64,000 bases of DNA from an uncultured Verrucomicrobiae bacterium (GTDB lineage: Bacteria > Verrucomicrobiota > Verrucomicrobiia > Palsa-1439): the NCBI GenBank assembly GCA_963812605.1, contig CAWEWF010000005.1, forward strand, positions 320,001 through 384,000. The letters run 5' to 3'. The notes under the pieces were generated by a model. The model did not search any database. It was not told where the DNA came from and saw only the letters and a program-made list of their open reading frames with translations. This document shows, piece by piece, positions 34,270 to 43,618 of the stretch. Numbering within the stretch: position 1 is the first letter of the stretch; each line of letters opens with the position of its first letter. The translations under genes and the position numbers were made by a program.

Positions 34270-35507
34270 CCCGACTCGCGATCATCGAGGGGATTCGGAC
34301 GCCGTTCTCCAAGGCGGGAACGGATCTGAAATCCCTCCCCGCGCAGGAACTCGGTCGCATTGTGGTGAGCGAGTTGCTGGAGCGGACGGGATTCGATCCG
34401 GACCGGATTTCGCAGGTGATCTTTGGCTGCGTCGCGCAACCGCCGGAGGCGGCGAACATCGCACGGGTGATTGCGCTCAACGCGGGCCTGCCTCAGGAGA
34501 TTCCCGCCTACACGGTGCACCGCAACTGCGCGAGCGGTTTTGAAGCGGTCACCAGCGCGTACGAGAAAATGGTCGCAGGCCAGGGGGACGCTTTTGTGGT
34601 GGGCGGCACCGAGAGCATGTCGAACATCCCGCTGCTGTTTTCCACGACAGCAGCGAACAAGTTCGCGGCGCTCGCGCGAGCGAAATCCTCGCTGAAGAAG
34701 CTCGGCGCGATGCTGGCTTTTCGTCCGCGTGATTTCAAACCCCGCATCGGGGTGATGCTCGGGCTGACGGATCCGGTGTGCGGTCTCAACATGGGCCAGA
34801 CGGCGGAGGTGCTCTATCGCGATTACGGTATCACCCGTGAACAACAGGATGCGTTTGCACTCGACTCGCACCAGAAAGTGGCCAAGGCGCGGGCGAAGCT
34901 GGCGGAAGAGATTGGCACGGTTTATCTGCCGAAGGGCCAGTACGTGGACAAGGACAACGGTGTGCGTGAGAACCAGACCATGGAAGCGCTGGCGAAACTG
35001 CGGCCGGTGTTCGACAAGCACAACGGGACGGTGACCGCCGGCAACTCCTCACAGATTACCGATGGCGCGGTGGCATTGCTGGTCATGGACGAGGAAAAGG
35101 CGCGCAAGCAGGGCTTTCAGCCACTGGGATATCTGCGCGGCTACGCCTATGAAGGAGTGGATCCGCGCCGGATGGGGATCGGGCCGGCGTACGCGATACC
35201 GAAGGCGCTGGAGGAGACGGGCGTGAAGTGGAAGGATATCCAACTCCTGGAGATCAATGAGGCATTCGCGGTGCAGGTGTTGGCGGTGGAACTGGTGATG
35301 CGCAAGGAATTCGGCATGGAGATTAATCGCGACCTGCTCAACGTCAACGGCGGCGCGATCGCGCTCGGCCATCCCGTGGGGGCGACGGGCGCTCGGCTCG
35401 TGCTTACGCTGCTAAAAGAGATGAAGCGCCGCAACCTGAAAACGGGCATCGCTTCCGCCTGCGTGGGCGGGGGCCAGGGTGGGGCGCTGATTTTGGAGCG
35501 TGGCTAA
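34266..35507 (+). CDS. fadA: 3-ketoacyl-CoA thiolase (FadA/FadI-like)
   Basis: RTPF, RNCASG, TAGNSSQITDGA, NEAFA, GGAIALGHP, CVGGGQG. Confidence 0.92.
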   Translation: MTRLAIIEGIRTPFSKAGTDLKSLPAQELGRIVVSELLERTGFDPDRISQVIFGCVAQPPEAANIARVIALNAGLPQEIPAYTVHRNCASGFEAVTSAYEKMVAGQGDAFVVGGTESMSNIPLLFSTTAANKFAALARAKSSLKKLGAMLAFRPRDFKPRIGVMLGLTDPVCGLNMGQTAEVLYRDYGITREQQDAFALDSHQKVAKARAKLAEEIGTVYLPKGQYVDKDNGVRENQTMEALAKLRPVFDKHNGTVTAGNSSQITDGAVALLVMDEEKARKQGFQPLGYLRGYAYEGVDPRRMGIGPAYAIPKALEETGVKWKDIQLLEINEAFAVQVLAVELVMRKEFGMEINRDLLNVNGGAIALGHPVGATGARLVLTLLKEMKRRNLKTGIASACVGGGQGGALILERG

Positions 35508-37513
35508 TGGAATCGCCACGAGTTGAATACGATGCGGAGGGGACCGCGTGGGTGGTGTTCGATGACCCGGATTCGAAGGTCAACATTTTGGGATTCGGGC
35601 AAATGCAGCGGCTTGACGGGATTTTGGATGAACTTTCCAAGCGCAGGCCCAAGGGCGTCGTTTTCATCAGCGGCAAACCGGGGATTTTCATTGCGGGCGC
35701 GGACATCAACGAACTGGAAAAAATCCGCGACGCCAGCCATGGAGAACTGCTCTCGCGGGAGGGGCACCGGATTTTCGCCAAGATCGAGCTGCTGGGGGTG
35801 CCGACGGTCGCCGCCATTGACGGCGCGTGCCTGGGGGGTGGGTGTGAGTTGGCGTTGGCGTGCCGCTACCGGGTGGCGACGGACCATCCGAAAACGCAGA
35901 TTGGATTGCCGGAGACGCAACTCGGCATTATTCCGGGCTGGGGCGGGACGCAACGGCTGCCGCGGCTCATCGGATTGCAGGCGGCGCTCGATATCATTTG
36001 CAAGGGCAAGAGTGTCGGCGCGGACAAGGCGCGGCGGATTGGTTTGGTGGACGCGGCGGTGCCGAGCGTGGTTTTGCGGGACACGGCAAAACGGTTCGCG
36101 GTCGGTCAGCAACGCGCGTCCCGCAAATCGGTAAAGCTGCAGAACATGTGGCCGTTACGCCCGATTGCCTGCCGGTTCGCGCGCAAGAAGGTGTCCGCGC
36201 TCACGCGAGGCCGGTATCCGGCGCCGCTGCGGGCCATTGACGCGATGGAAGAGGGCCTGGCAGGGAAGAAGCTCGACGCGGGGTTGGAGGGCGAGGCGAA
36301 GATCTTCGGCGAAGTAAGCGCGACGCCGGTATGCAAGAACCTCATTCGCGTCTTCTTCTTGCGCGAAAAGTATTCGAAGCTGACCTTTGACACCGGGCGC
36401 GTGGAACGTACCGGACCGATCGCGGCGCGCGTTATAACGGCGCCGGTCGAGAAAGTCGGGGTTTTGGGCGCGGGCGTGATGGGTGCGGGCATCGCGCAAT
36501 TGTGCAGCGCGCGCGGGTTGACGGTGCGATTGAAGGACATCAAGCCCGAGTTCGTCGCGACCGGCGTCAAGCGCATTGCGGACGCGTACCGCGAGGGTGT
36601 GAAGCGGCGGAAGTTTTCCGAATTGGACGCGCAACACGGTTTTGCGCGGGTGCATCCAACGACAGAGTACACCGGGTTTGGCGATTGCGACCTGGTCATC
36701 GAGGCGGTCCTTGAGAAAATCGAGGTCAAGCGGCTGGCGTTCGGCGAGTTGATTGACCGCCTGCGCAACGATTGTATTATCGCCTCCAACACTTCGGCGA
36801 TTCCCATTGATGACCTGGCGGAAGCCAGTGGCCGCCCCAAGCGATTTATTGGCATCCATTTTTTCAATCCCGTGCACAAGATGCCGCTGGTGGAGATCGT
36901 GTACGGAACCAAGACCGCACCGGAAGTGATTGCGGCGGCGGTCGATTTCGCAAAAAAACTGAAGAAAATTCCGATTATCGTGAAAGGCGCGCCGGGGTTT
37001 CTGGTTAACCGCCTGCTCATGCCCTATTTGAACGAAGCAGGCGTGCTGCTGGGCGAAGGCGTCAGTGTCGAGTCGATCGACAAGGCCATGCTCGATTTCG
37101 GGATGCCGATGGGGCCGCTGCGGTTGATCGACGAGGTTGGGATCGACGTTGCGTACGACGTGGCGCGCGAACTCGCGGAGGCTTTTCACAACCGGATGAC
37201 GGTCGCGCCAATCCTTCGCCAGGTTTACGAGCGCGGATTGAAGGGACGGAAGAGCGGGGCGGGATTCTACGTGTATAAGGGCAAGAAAGAGCGACTGAAT
37301 TCGGAATTGAAGCTGCCCAGTGGAAAAACGCTGAGTCCCGCCGAGATCCAGACGCGATTACTGGGCGTGATGATCAGCGAAGCGCAGCGCTGCCTCACCG
37401 AAGGAGTGGTGACCTCCGAGGACGACGTTGATGTGGGCATGATTTTTGGCACGGGTTTTCCGCCATTCCGCGGCGGGCTGGTCAAATATGCGCGCGACGC
37501 GGGGAAATGGTGA
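35507..37513 (+). CDS. fadB: Multifunctional enoyl-CoA hydratase / 3-hydroxyacyl-CoA dehydrogenase (FadB/FadJ-like)
   Basis: FIAGADI, GGGCELALAC, GLPE..LG..PGWGG, GAGVMGAGIA, IEAVLE, SNTS, HFFNP. Confidence 0.93.
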   Translation: MESPRVEYDAEGTAWVVFDDPDSKVNILGFGQMQRLDGILDELSKRRPKGVVFISGKPGIFIAGADINELEKIRDASHGELLSREGHRIFAKIELLGVPTVAAIDGACLGGGCELALACRYRVATDHPKTQIGLPETQLGIIPGWGGTQRLPRLIGLQAALDIICKGKSVGADKARRIGLVDAAVPSVVLRDTAKRFAVGQQRASRKSVKLQNMWPLRPIACRFARKKVSALTRGRYPAPLRAIDAMEEGLAGKKLDAGLEGEAKIFGEVSATPVCKNLIRVFFLREKYSKLTFDTGRVERTGPIAARVITAPVEKVGVLGAGVMGAGIAQLCSARGLTVRLKDIKPEFVATGVKRIADAYREGVKRRKFSELDAQHGFARVHPTTEYTGFGDCDLVIEAVLEKIEVKRLAFGELIDRLRNDCIIASNTSAIPIDDLAEASGRPKRFIGIHFFNPVHKMPLVEIVYGTKTAPEVIAAAVDFAKKLKKIPIIVKGAPGFLVNRLLMPYLNEAGVLLGEGVSVESIDKAMLDFGMPMGPLRLIDEVGIDVAYDVARELAEAFHNRMTVAPILRQVYERGLKGRKSGAGFYVYKGKKERLNSELKLPSGKTLSPAEIQTRLLGVMISEAQRCLTEGVVTSEDDVDVGMIFGTGFPPFRGGLVKYARDAGKW

Positions 37514-37522
37514 AGGCGACAA

Positions 37523-38077
37523 ATGGGATTTGAATTTTCAGAAGGCGGGTCGCTGACGGGGTTGGTACTGGCGGCGTCACGCGACCTGCTCGACCCGAAT
37601 TTTAACCGGACGCTCGTGTACATCGCCGAGCATGGTCCTGAGGGCACGCTCGGATTGGTGATGAACCGTCCGCTCGACAAGAAACTCGGCGAGGTGGCAC
37701 TGTCGGCAGACCTGCCGAAGGCGTTGCGGCAGATTTCGGTGTTTCAGGGCGGGCCGGTGAAAACGAACGCATTGCTGTTCGCGCGGTTCCAACGCGGAAA
37801 GAACGACGAACAACTGCGCTGCCAGATTGTGGCCAACCCGCAAGAGTTGATCGAATTGCCCAAACGCGAGTGGGTGCGGGCGTTTGCGGGTCATGCGGGC
37901 TGGAGCGAAGGACAACTGGAGCGGGAATTGAGCGAAGGCTCGTGGCTGGTTTGCCGGCCGCATACGGCGATGCTGGAAGAATCGGCGCCGAATGCCATGT
38001 GGGAGGCATTTGTCGGGAAGGACCAGCGCTGGAGGAAACTCCAACCACTCCTGCCGAAGAACACCGGGCTGAATTAG
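37523..38077 (+). CDS. YqgE/AlgH family protein
   Basis: DPNFNRT, GLVMNRP, GGPV, AGWSEGQLE.E..W. Confidence 0.9.
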   Translation: MGFEFSEGGSLTGLVLAASRDLLDPNFNRTLVYIAEHGPEGTLGLVMNRPLDKKLGEVALSADLPKALRQISVFQGGPVKTNALLFARFQRGKNDEQLRCQIVANPQELIELPKREWVRAFAGHAGWSEGQLERELSEGSWLVCRPHTAMLEESAPNAMWEAFVGKDQRWRKLQPLLPKNTGLN

Positions 38078-38104
38078 CCAGACGCGCGCCGAGCATTTCC
38101 AGAG

Positions 38105-39946
38105 ATGATCGCCGACAACTCTCCCGCGTTGCGCAGGCTACTCGCGTTGTTGATTGTCGTCGCCGGTCTTCGGGCATACCACAACAGTTTTCAAGGGCCG
38201 TTCATTTTTGATGACCTTCCCTCGATTCCTGAAAATCCCCATATTCGCCATCTTTGGCCGGTTTGGCGGGCGATGTCCGCGCCTCCCAGCAGCCCGGTCG
38301 CCGGGCGTCCGGTGGTTTGCCTGACGTTGGCACTGAACTATGCGCTGGGTGGATTGAATGTCCAGGGATACCACGCGTTCAATTTGGCGATACATTTGGC
38401 GTCGGCGCTGGTGCTGTTCGGAATTCTGCGCAGAACGCTGGAGGGCGAGAAACTTCGCGGTCGATTCGGGCCCGCTACTGTCTGGCTGGCGGCAGCGATT
38501 GCGCTCATCTGGGAAGTGCACCCGATACAAACGGAGAGTGTTACCTATATTGTCGAGCGCACCGAGTCGATGATGGGCCTGTTCCTGCTGCTGACATTGT
38601 ATTGCGCGCTCCGCAGTTCCCAATCCTCCCATCCGCGCGCGTGGCAGGCAGGGACGATCATGTCCTGTGCGTTGGGGATGGGGAGCAAGGAAGTTATGGT
38701 TGGTGCTCCCCTGATCGTATTGCTGTACGATCGGGTGTTTCTGGTCTCGTCGTTTAAGGAATTGTGGCGGCGGCGTGCCAGCTTGTACGCCGGGTTGGCA
38801 GGGACGTGGCTGATCCTGGCAGGATTGGTGGCGACGACTTCCCGCGAGATGTCCGGTTTCGGAATCGGAAATGTGACGGCCTGGGACTATCTCAAGACCG
38901 AGGCCGGGGTACTCATTTACTATTTGCGACTTTGTCTCTGGCCCCACCCGCTGGTGATCGATTATTCCGACTGGCCGGTTGCCGGACCGCTGAAAGACTG
39001 TCTGGTCCCTGTCGTTGCTGTGGTTGGCCTGCTCGGGGCGACATTGTGGGCCTTTCGTCGCCAACCCTGGTTGGGTTTTCTGGGCGCCTGGTGGTTCCTC
39101 ATTTTGGGTCCGACATCCAGTTTTATGCCGAGCGTTGGTGAAGCCGTCGCCGAACGGCGCATGTATCTGCCGCTAGCGGCAGTAGCGGCGCTGATCGTGG
39201 GCGGAGGCTGGCGGTTGTTGGCCGGTTTGCCTGATAACCAACGTGGTGCCCGGACGATACGGCGACTGGCAGCGGCGGCGCTGATGGCCATTATCCTGAC
39301 CCTGGGGTTGCTGACAGTGCGGCGGAACGAGGATTATCGCAGCGACGTTTCGATTTGGTCCAGTGTTGTCGACCATCGCCCGCGCAACACGCGCGCCCTG
39401 GTCAATCTCGGCACCGTCTTGATGAGAAGCGGGCGGCCGGACGAGGCGCTGGCGCGTTACGACGAAGCGGTGCGGATTGACCCGAACAATTCCGAGGCGC
39501 AGTTTAACCTGGGCCTGACCCTGGCAGGGCGCAACCAATTGGATGGGGCCGTGGTTCATTTGCAAGAAGCCACACGGCTCGTACCGCAAAGCGCCATGGC
39601 CCAGTATGATCTCGGCACCGTGTTTGCCCAACGGGGCGACCTCGCCCCCGCAGCGGCGCATCTCGCCGAGTCGTTGCGGCTCGACTCCCGAAATGCCGGG
39701 GCGCACAACGCCCTTGGGAGCGTCCTGGCGCGACAGGGCAATCTGGCAGAGGCGGTGCGAGAATTCAGCGAGGCGTTACGATTGCAGCCCGATTACGCCG
39801 AGGCCCACGCAAACTTCGGTCTTACGCTGGCGCAATTGGGCCGGCTGGACGAGGCGGCGCAGCATTGGGAAACAGCGCTGCGCCTCGACCCGAAACAGGA
39901 GACGGCACGGCGTGGACTCGAGAGTATTCGCAACGTCGGAAAATAA
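38105..39946 (+). CDS. TMTC-like polytopic membrane protein with C-terminal TPRs (putative GT-C protein O-glycosyltransferase)
   Basis: FIFDD, HP..TESV.YI..R, SKE, AERRMYLP, then about 5 TPR motifs. Confidence 0.82.
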   Translation: MIADNSPALRRLLALLIVVAGLRAYHNSFQGPFIFDDLPSIPENPHIRHLWPVWRAMSAPPSSPVAGRPVVCLTLALNYALGGLNVQGYHAFNLAIHLASALVLFGILRRTLEGEKLRGRFGPATVWLAAAIALIWEVHPIQTESVTYIVERTESMMGLFLLLTLYCALRSSQSSHPRAWQAGTIMSCALGMGSKEVMVGAPLIVLLYDRVFLVSSFKELWRRRASLYAGLAGTWLILAGLVATTSREMSGFGIGNVTAWDYLKTEAGVLIYYLRLCLWPHPLVIDYSDWPVAGPLKDCLVPVVAVVGLLGATLWAFRRQPWLGFLGAWWFLILGPTSSFMPSVGEAVAERRMYLPLAAVAALIVGGGWRLLAGLPDNQRGARTIRRLAAAALMAIILTLGLLTVRRNEDYRSDVSIWSSVVDHRPRNTRALVNLGTVLMRSGRPDEALARYDEAVRIDPNNSEAQFNLGLTLAGRNQLDGAVVHLQEATRLVPQSAMAQYDLGTVFAQRGDLAPAAAHLAESLRLDSRNAGAHNALGSVLARQGNLAEAVREFSEALRLQPDYAEAHANFGLTLAQLGRLDEAAQHWETALRLDPKQETARRGLESIRNVGK

Positions 39947-39947
39947 C

Positions 39948-40457
39948 TCAGGACTGTGCCCCGGAACGCCGGGCGCGGAAAAAACTTTGCAACAAGTCGC
40001 GCGCTTCGTCTTCCTTGACCCCCACCGTCACCTCAATGACGTGATTCAATCCCTTGGCTGAGGTAATCGGAAAGACAGAACCCGCGCCGCCAGCGCGATC
40101 GTCGCGGACGCCAAATACGAGGCGTTTCAGGCGCGCGAGCATGAGGGCGCCGGCGCACATGGGACAGGGTTCTTTCGTGACGAAAAGCGTGCAACCTTCC
40201 AGCCGCCAATCCCCGAGGGCATGAGCGGCCTGCGTGATGGCGAGAATCTCCGCGTGCGCGGTGGCGTCTTTGAGCAGTTCCACCTGATTGTGGGCGCGCG
40301 CGATGATTTTGGCATCGCGGACGATGACCGCGCCGACGGGCACTTCATCCGTGTCGTAAGCCACGCGCGCCAAACGTAGCGCTTCGCCCATGAAGTAATC
40401 ATCGCTCGCCCGGTCAATGGGCTTGGGAGTTGTCTCGGGCTTCGTCGGTCGACTCAT
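39948..40457 (-). CDS. tadA: tRNA adenosine(34) deaminase
   Basis: EVPVGAV, TAHAEI, EPCPMCAGA, FF..RR. Confidence 0.93.
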   Translation of the reverse strand: MSRPTKPETTPKPIDRASDDYFMGEALRLARVAYDTDEVPVGAVIVRDAKIIARAHNQVELLKDATAHAEILAITQAAHALGDWRLEGCTLFVTKEPCPMCAGALMLARLKRLVFGVRDDRAGGAGSVFPITSAKGLNHVIEVTVGVKEDEARDLLQSFFRARRSGAQS

Positions 40458-40566
40458 AACGCAGAGGCTAACAATTCTGCAGCCACTCGGCAAGTTACTA
40501 TCAAATCCAAGGTGATTTGCGTCGATTGATTTGCCAGGGACGGGTTACGCGGCTAGGATTCGACAT

Positions 40567-41553
40567 ATGGACGGCGAGACGTTGATTGCTGATTTGTCGA
40601 AGATACGAAGTCGACTGCGAGTAACGGGTGCGGATCGTGTCGAGTTCCTGCACGGCCAGTGTACAAACGACATCTGTAAATTGCGCACAGGCGAGAGTTG
40701 TTATGCGGCGTTTTTGAATGCCAAGGGCAAGATGCGGGGGGAGGGGCAAGTGATTTGCCTCGCTGACGCGTTTCTGTTGGAGGTAAACCCCGGGCTCGCG
40801 CCATCGCTGGAAAAGTTCATTATCACGGAAGACGTGACGGTTGAAGACGTGAGCGCATCAATGGTCGAATGGCTCGTGGTTGGCGGCGAGGCTAGCATGT
40901 TGCCGCCGCAGATCGTGACGTTCCAGCATCCACTCGGTTGCGGAGTGATCAGCGATGGCCCAGCGCCTTGGGAGGTTATGGCAAAAGCGGAGGAACTATC
41001 TCGGATCGAGCCGCCTGTGCCAGACGAAGCGGCGCTTTTTGGCGAAACCTCAATTATTAATCACGTGACGACGATAATCCCTGCCGAAGCGCTGGAAGTG
41101 CTGCGCATCGAGGCGGCGGTGCCGAAGTGGGGCGTGGATATGGACGAGAACACGATTCCCAACGAGGCGGGCCTTGAAGCACGGGCGATCAGTTATGACA
41201 AAGGGTGCTACATCGGGCAGGAAACCATCGCGCGCATTAAGACATACGGGCACGTGAATCGCCGGCTGGTGCAGATTGCCATTGGATCACAGGCCCCGAA
41301 AGCGTTCGGGGTGCCACCGATACCGGGACGCGGCGACAAACCGTCGGCTGGGACTTTGCCAGCAATACCGGCGCGCGGCGATAAGATTTTCGCGGAAGGA
41401 CGTGAAGTGGGACAGGTGACCAGCGCGGCGCGGTCGTTGCGGCTTGGCAAACCGCTGGCGCTCGGCTATGTTCGGCGCGAGTTCGCAACGGCGGGAGCCA
41501 AACTCAATTGGAACAATGAAACGGCGGAGGTCTTGAGAATATGCGGAGAATGA
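40567..41553 (+). CDS. ygfZ: YgfZ/GcvT-family folate-binding protein
   Basis: FLHGQCTND, KGCYIGQE signature, G.VTS...LALGYV. Confidence 0.88.
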   Translation: MDGETLIADLSKIRSRLRVTGADRVEFLHGQCTNDICKLRTGESCYAAFLNAKGKMRGEGQVICLADAFLLEVNPGLAPSLEKFIITEDVTVEDVSASMVEWLVVGGEASMLPPQIVTFQHPLGCGVISDGPAPWEVMAKAEELSRIEPPVPDEAALFGETSIINHVTTIIPAEALEVLRIEAAVPKWGVDMDENTIPNEAGLEARAISYDKGCYIGQETIARIKTYGHVNRRLVQIAIGSQAPKAFGVPPIPGRGDKPSAGTLPAIPARGDKIFAEGREVGQVTSAARSLRLGKPLALGYVRREFATAGAKLNWNNETAEVLRICGE

Positions 41554-42131
41554 TTGGATTGGTTGGTTTGATGGCAGCGGCATTTCTACTGAAAGGAACA
41601 ACCCTCATGGCGGCAGATACGGATCAAGTGGCGGTGGTCGAAACGAAATTTGGCAAGATGGTGATCGAATTTTACAGCGCGGATGCGCCGAAGACGGTGG
41701 CCAACTTCATCAAGCTTGCGAAGGACGGTTATTACAACGGCACGACATTTCATCGCGTCATTCCCGGCTTCATGATCCAGGGCGGCGATCCCAACAGCAA
41801 AAATGCGGACCGCAGCACACATGGCATGGGCGGGCCGGGCTACACGATTGAGGCAGAGATCAAGCAGGACCACAAACGCGGCACGGTGGCCACGGCGCGT
41901 ACCGGTGGTCCGTCCAATCCCGAGAAGCGGTCGAGCGGCAGCCAGTTTTTCATCAACGTGAAGGACAACGTTTTCCTCAATGGCGACTACACGGTATTTG
42001 GCAACGTGATTGCGGGCATGGATGTGGCCGACAAGATCGTGGCTGTTCCGCGCGACGGCAACGATAATCCGAACGAGAAGGTGGACATGAAAGTAACCAT
42101 CACGACGCGGGCGGAAGCCTTGAAGAAGTGA
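41541..42131 (+). CDS. Cyclophilin-type peptidyl-prolyl isomerase, signal peptide
   Basis: APKTVANF, FHRVIPGFMIQGGDP, GSQFFI, YTVFG. Confidence 0.95.
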   Translation: MRRMIGLVGLMAAAFLLKGTTLMAADTDQVAVVETKFGKMVIEFYSADAPKTVANFIKLAKDGYYNGTTFHRVIPGFMIQGGDPNSKNADRSTHGMGGPGYTIEAEIKQDHKRGTVATARTGGPSNPEKRSSGSQFFINVKDNVFLNGDYTVFGNVIAGMDVADKIVAVPRDGNDNPNEKVDMKVTITTRAEALKK

Positions 42132-42264
42132 CGGCTGGGCCGATATTTTACAATTGGATTGCTTACAATTGATACCCCTCACCTTGATCCTTTCCCCGGA
42201 AGGGAGAGGAGAACAATGCATACAGCGGCAAGCGGGACGCTCGCCCTACTTATAAGACTGACCA

Positions 42265-42471
42265 ATGACCCTTACGGAACTTGCCGGCACGTTGGAACGA
42301 CTCGGCTGCCCGCGCGAGAAATCGGCGTCCATGGCCTCGCAGCTTGATCGTCGTGCCCGCATGGACGCCGAACGTGATGGGACCTCGTATGAAGCTGCGC
42401 TGAATCGTCTCTTGGGCCTGATGGCACAAGGCTGGGCGACACAAGCCCCGCCACAAAAACCCGCCGAATAA
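42265..42471 (+). CDS. Small hypothetical protein (68 aa)
   Basis: Helical ORF with host-like codon use and a TAAGAC/TATAAG -10-like element just upstream. Confidence 0.55.
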   Translation: MTLTELAGTLERLGCPREKSASMASQLDRRARMDAERDGTSYEAALNRLLGLMAQGWATQAPPQKPAE

Positions 42472-42684
42472 TCCTTCGCTTCTTAACGCTTTCGCCGTCG
42501 TTTTGTAACATTTCCAAGCCAGTCTGGGCGTGCGAGATAGGAAAATAATACTTGTGCAAAATCCATTCACAATAAAGTCAAGAAAAGTCTTGCGTTAAAG
42601 GCTTTCATCTCTATGATGAAAATCGGAGAAGCGAACAGGTCCACTCGCGAGGTGGGCTCTAAAACAACGGAGAGGGGTAAGGAC

Positions 42685-43485
42685 ATGAAGAAGAGGGTAT
42701 TCTTGGCGAGTATAGTGGCGTTTACTTTAGCTGCGGTTAGTGCGAGAGCGCAAAGCACCATTTCACAATGGACTTTTGAGACGCCGGGGGACACTAATGG
42801 GTTGGTTCTTGCCCCTGGTGCTGGTAATTCCCCTGGCTCTGTTGTAGCCGATAATGGAGTCAATTCGGCTGGTAGTACTGCCACTGGGCTTCACGCAACG
42901 ACATCAACATATAGCACCCCGGCGGGAGATGTGGATCCTGTCATCGGCGTTCTCGCTCCCCCTGCTTCTCCTTTTTACGGTACTGGGCTTCCCAGTTCCG
43001 CTCAAGCGAGCAATAGCCCTTCCCTTCACGCATTCAGTGCCAATGGCTGGTCTGTCGGCGATTACTGGCAATTCAAAACCAGCACGTTGGGGTATACGGG
43101 CGTCAATGTCTATTGGGACCAATCGGGCAGTGCCACCGGCCCACAGTTTTTCTCGCTCCAATACAGCAATAGCCTAACCGGCGGAGCTTTCGTTACACTA
43201 GAGGGTCCAATGTCTGTAGGCACGGCCGCAAGTACTTGGAACACCACGACGGTGGGGGGGCTTAGCACCAACGCACTAGGCGGGGGCGCCCTCGACAATT
43301 CGTCCGTCATTATCTTCCGCTTGGTGGATACCTCGACAACCAGCATTAATGGCGGAACTGTTGCGTCGGGGGGCACCGACCGCCTTGACAACTTCACCGT
43401 AATAAGCGTGCCAGAGCCGTCTACAGTGGTACTGGTTGGCGCGGGCTTGATCGGTATGTTGGCGATGCGTTGTCGTCGCTCATAG
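42685..43485 (+). CDS. PEP-CTERM sorting domain protein, Ser/Thr/Gly-rich
   Basis: Signal peptide; C-terminal VPEPST-TM helix-RCRRS. Confidence 0.93.
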   Translation: MKKRVFLASIVAFTLAAVSARAQSTISQWTFETPGDTNGLVLAPGAGNSPGSVVADNGVNSAGSTATGLHATTSTYSTPAGDVDPVIGVLAPPASPFYGTGLPSSAQASNSPSLHAFSANGWSVGDYWQFKTSTLGYTGVNVYWDQSGSATGPQFFSLQYSNSLTGGAFVTLEGPMSVGTAASTWNTTTVGGLSTNALGGGALDNSSVIIFRLVDTSTTSINGGTVASGGTDRLDNFTVISVPEPSTVVLVGAGLIGMLAMRCRRS

Positions 43486-43515
43486 TCAAGGCGAATACTG
43501 GTTTGCTTCACCCTT

Positions 43516-43555
43516 GCGGGTCGTCCTGAGGGATCAGGGCGACCCGTTTGCTTTT
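43516..43555 (+). terminator. Rho-independent terminator after the PEP-CTERM gene
   Basis: GCGGGTCGTCCTGA/TCAGGGCGACCCGT stem followed by TTGCTTTT. Confidence 0.7.
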
Positions 43556-43618
43556 GCCCATGACGTTTGTTTCCTTGGATTGATTCCTCGTTCGACGATC
43601 TGATATACCGTGGATGTC

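Noticed and set aside
42625-42680. Possible riboswitch in the PEP-CTERM leader (hairpin with a GCGA loop)
   Set aside because: Only one short hairpin, with no match to an aptamer consensus I recognise.
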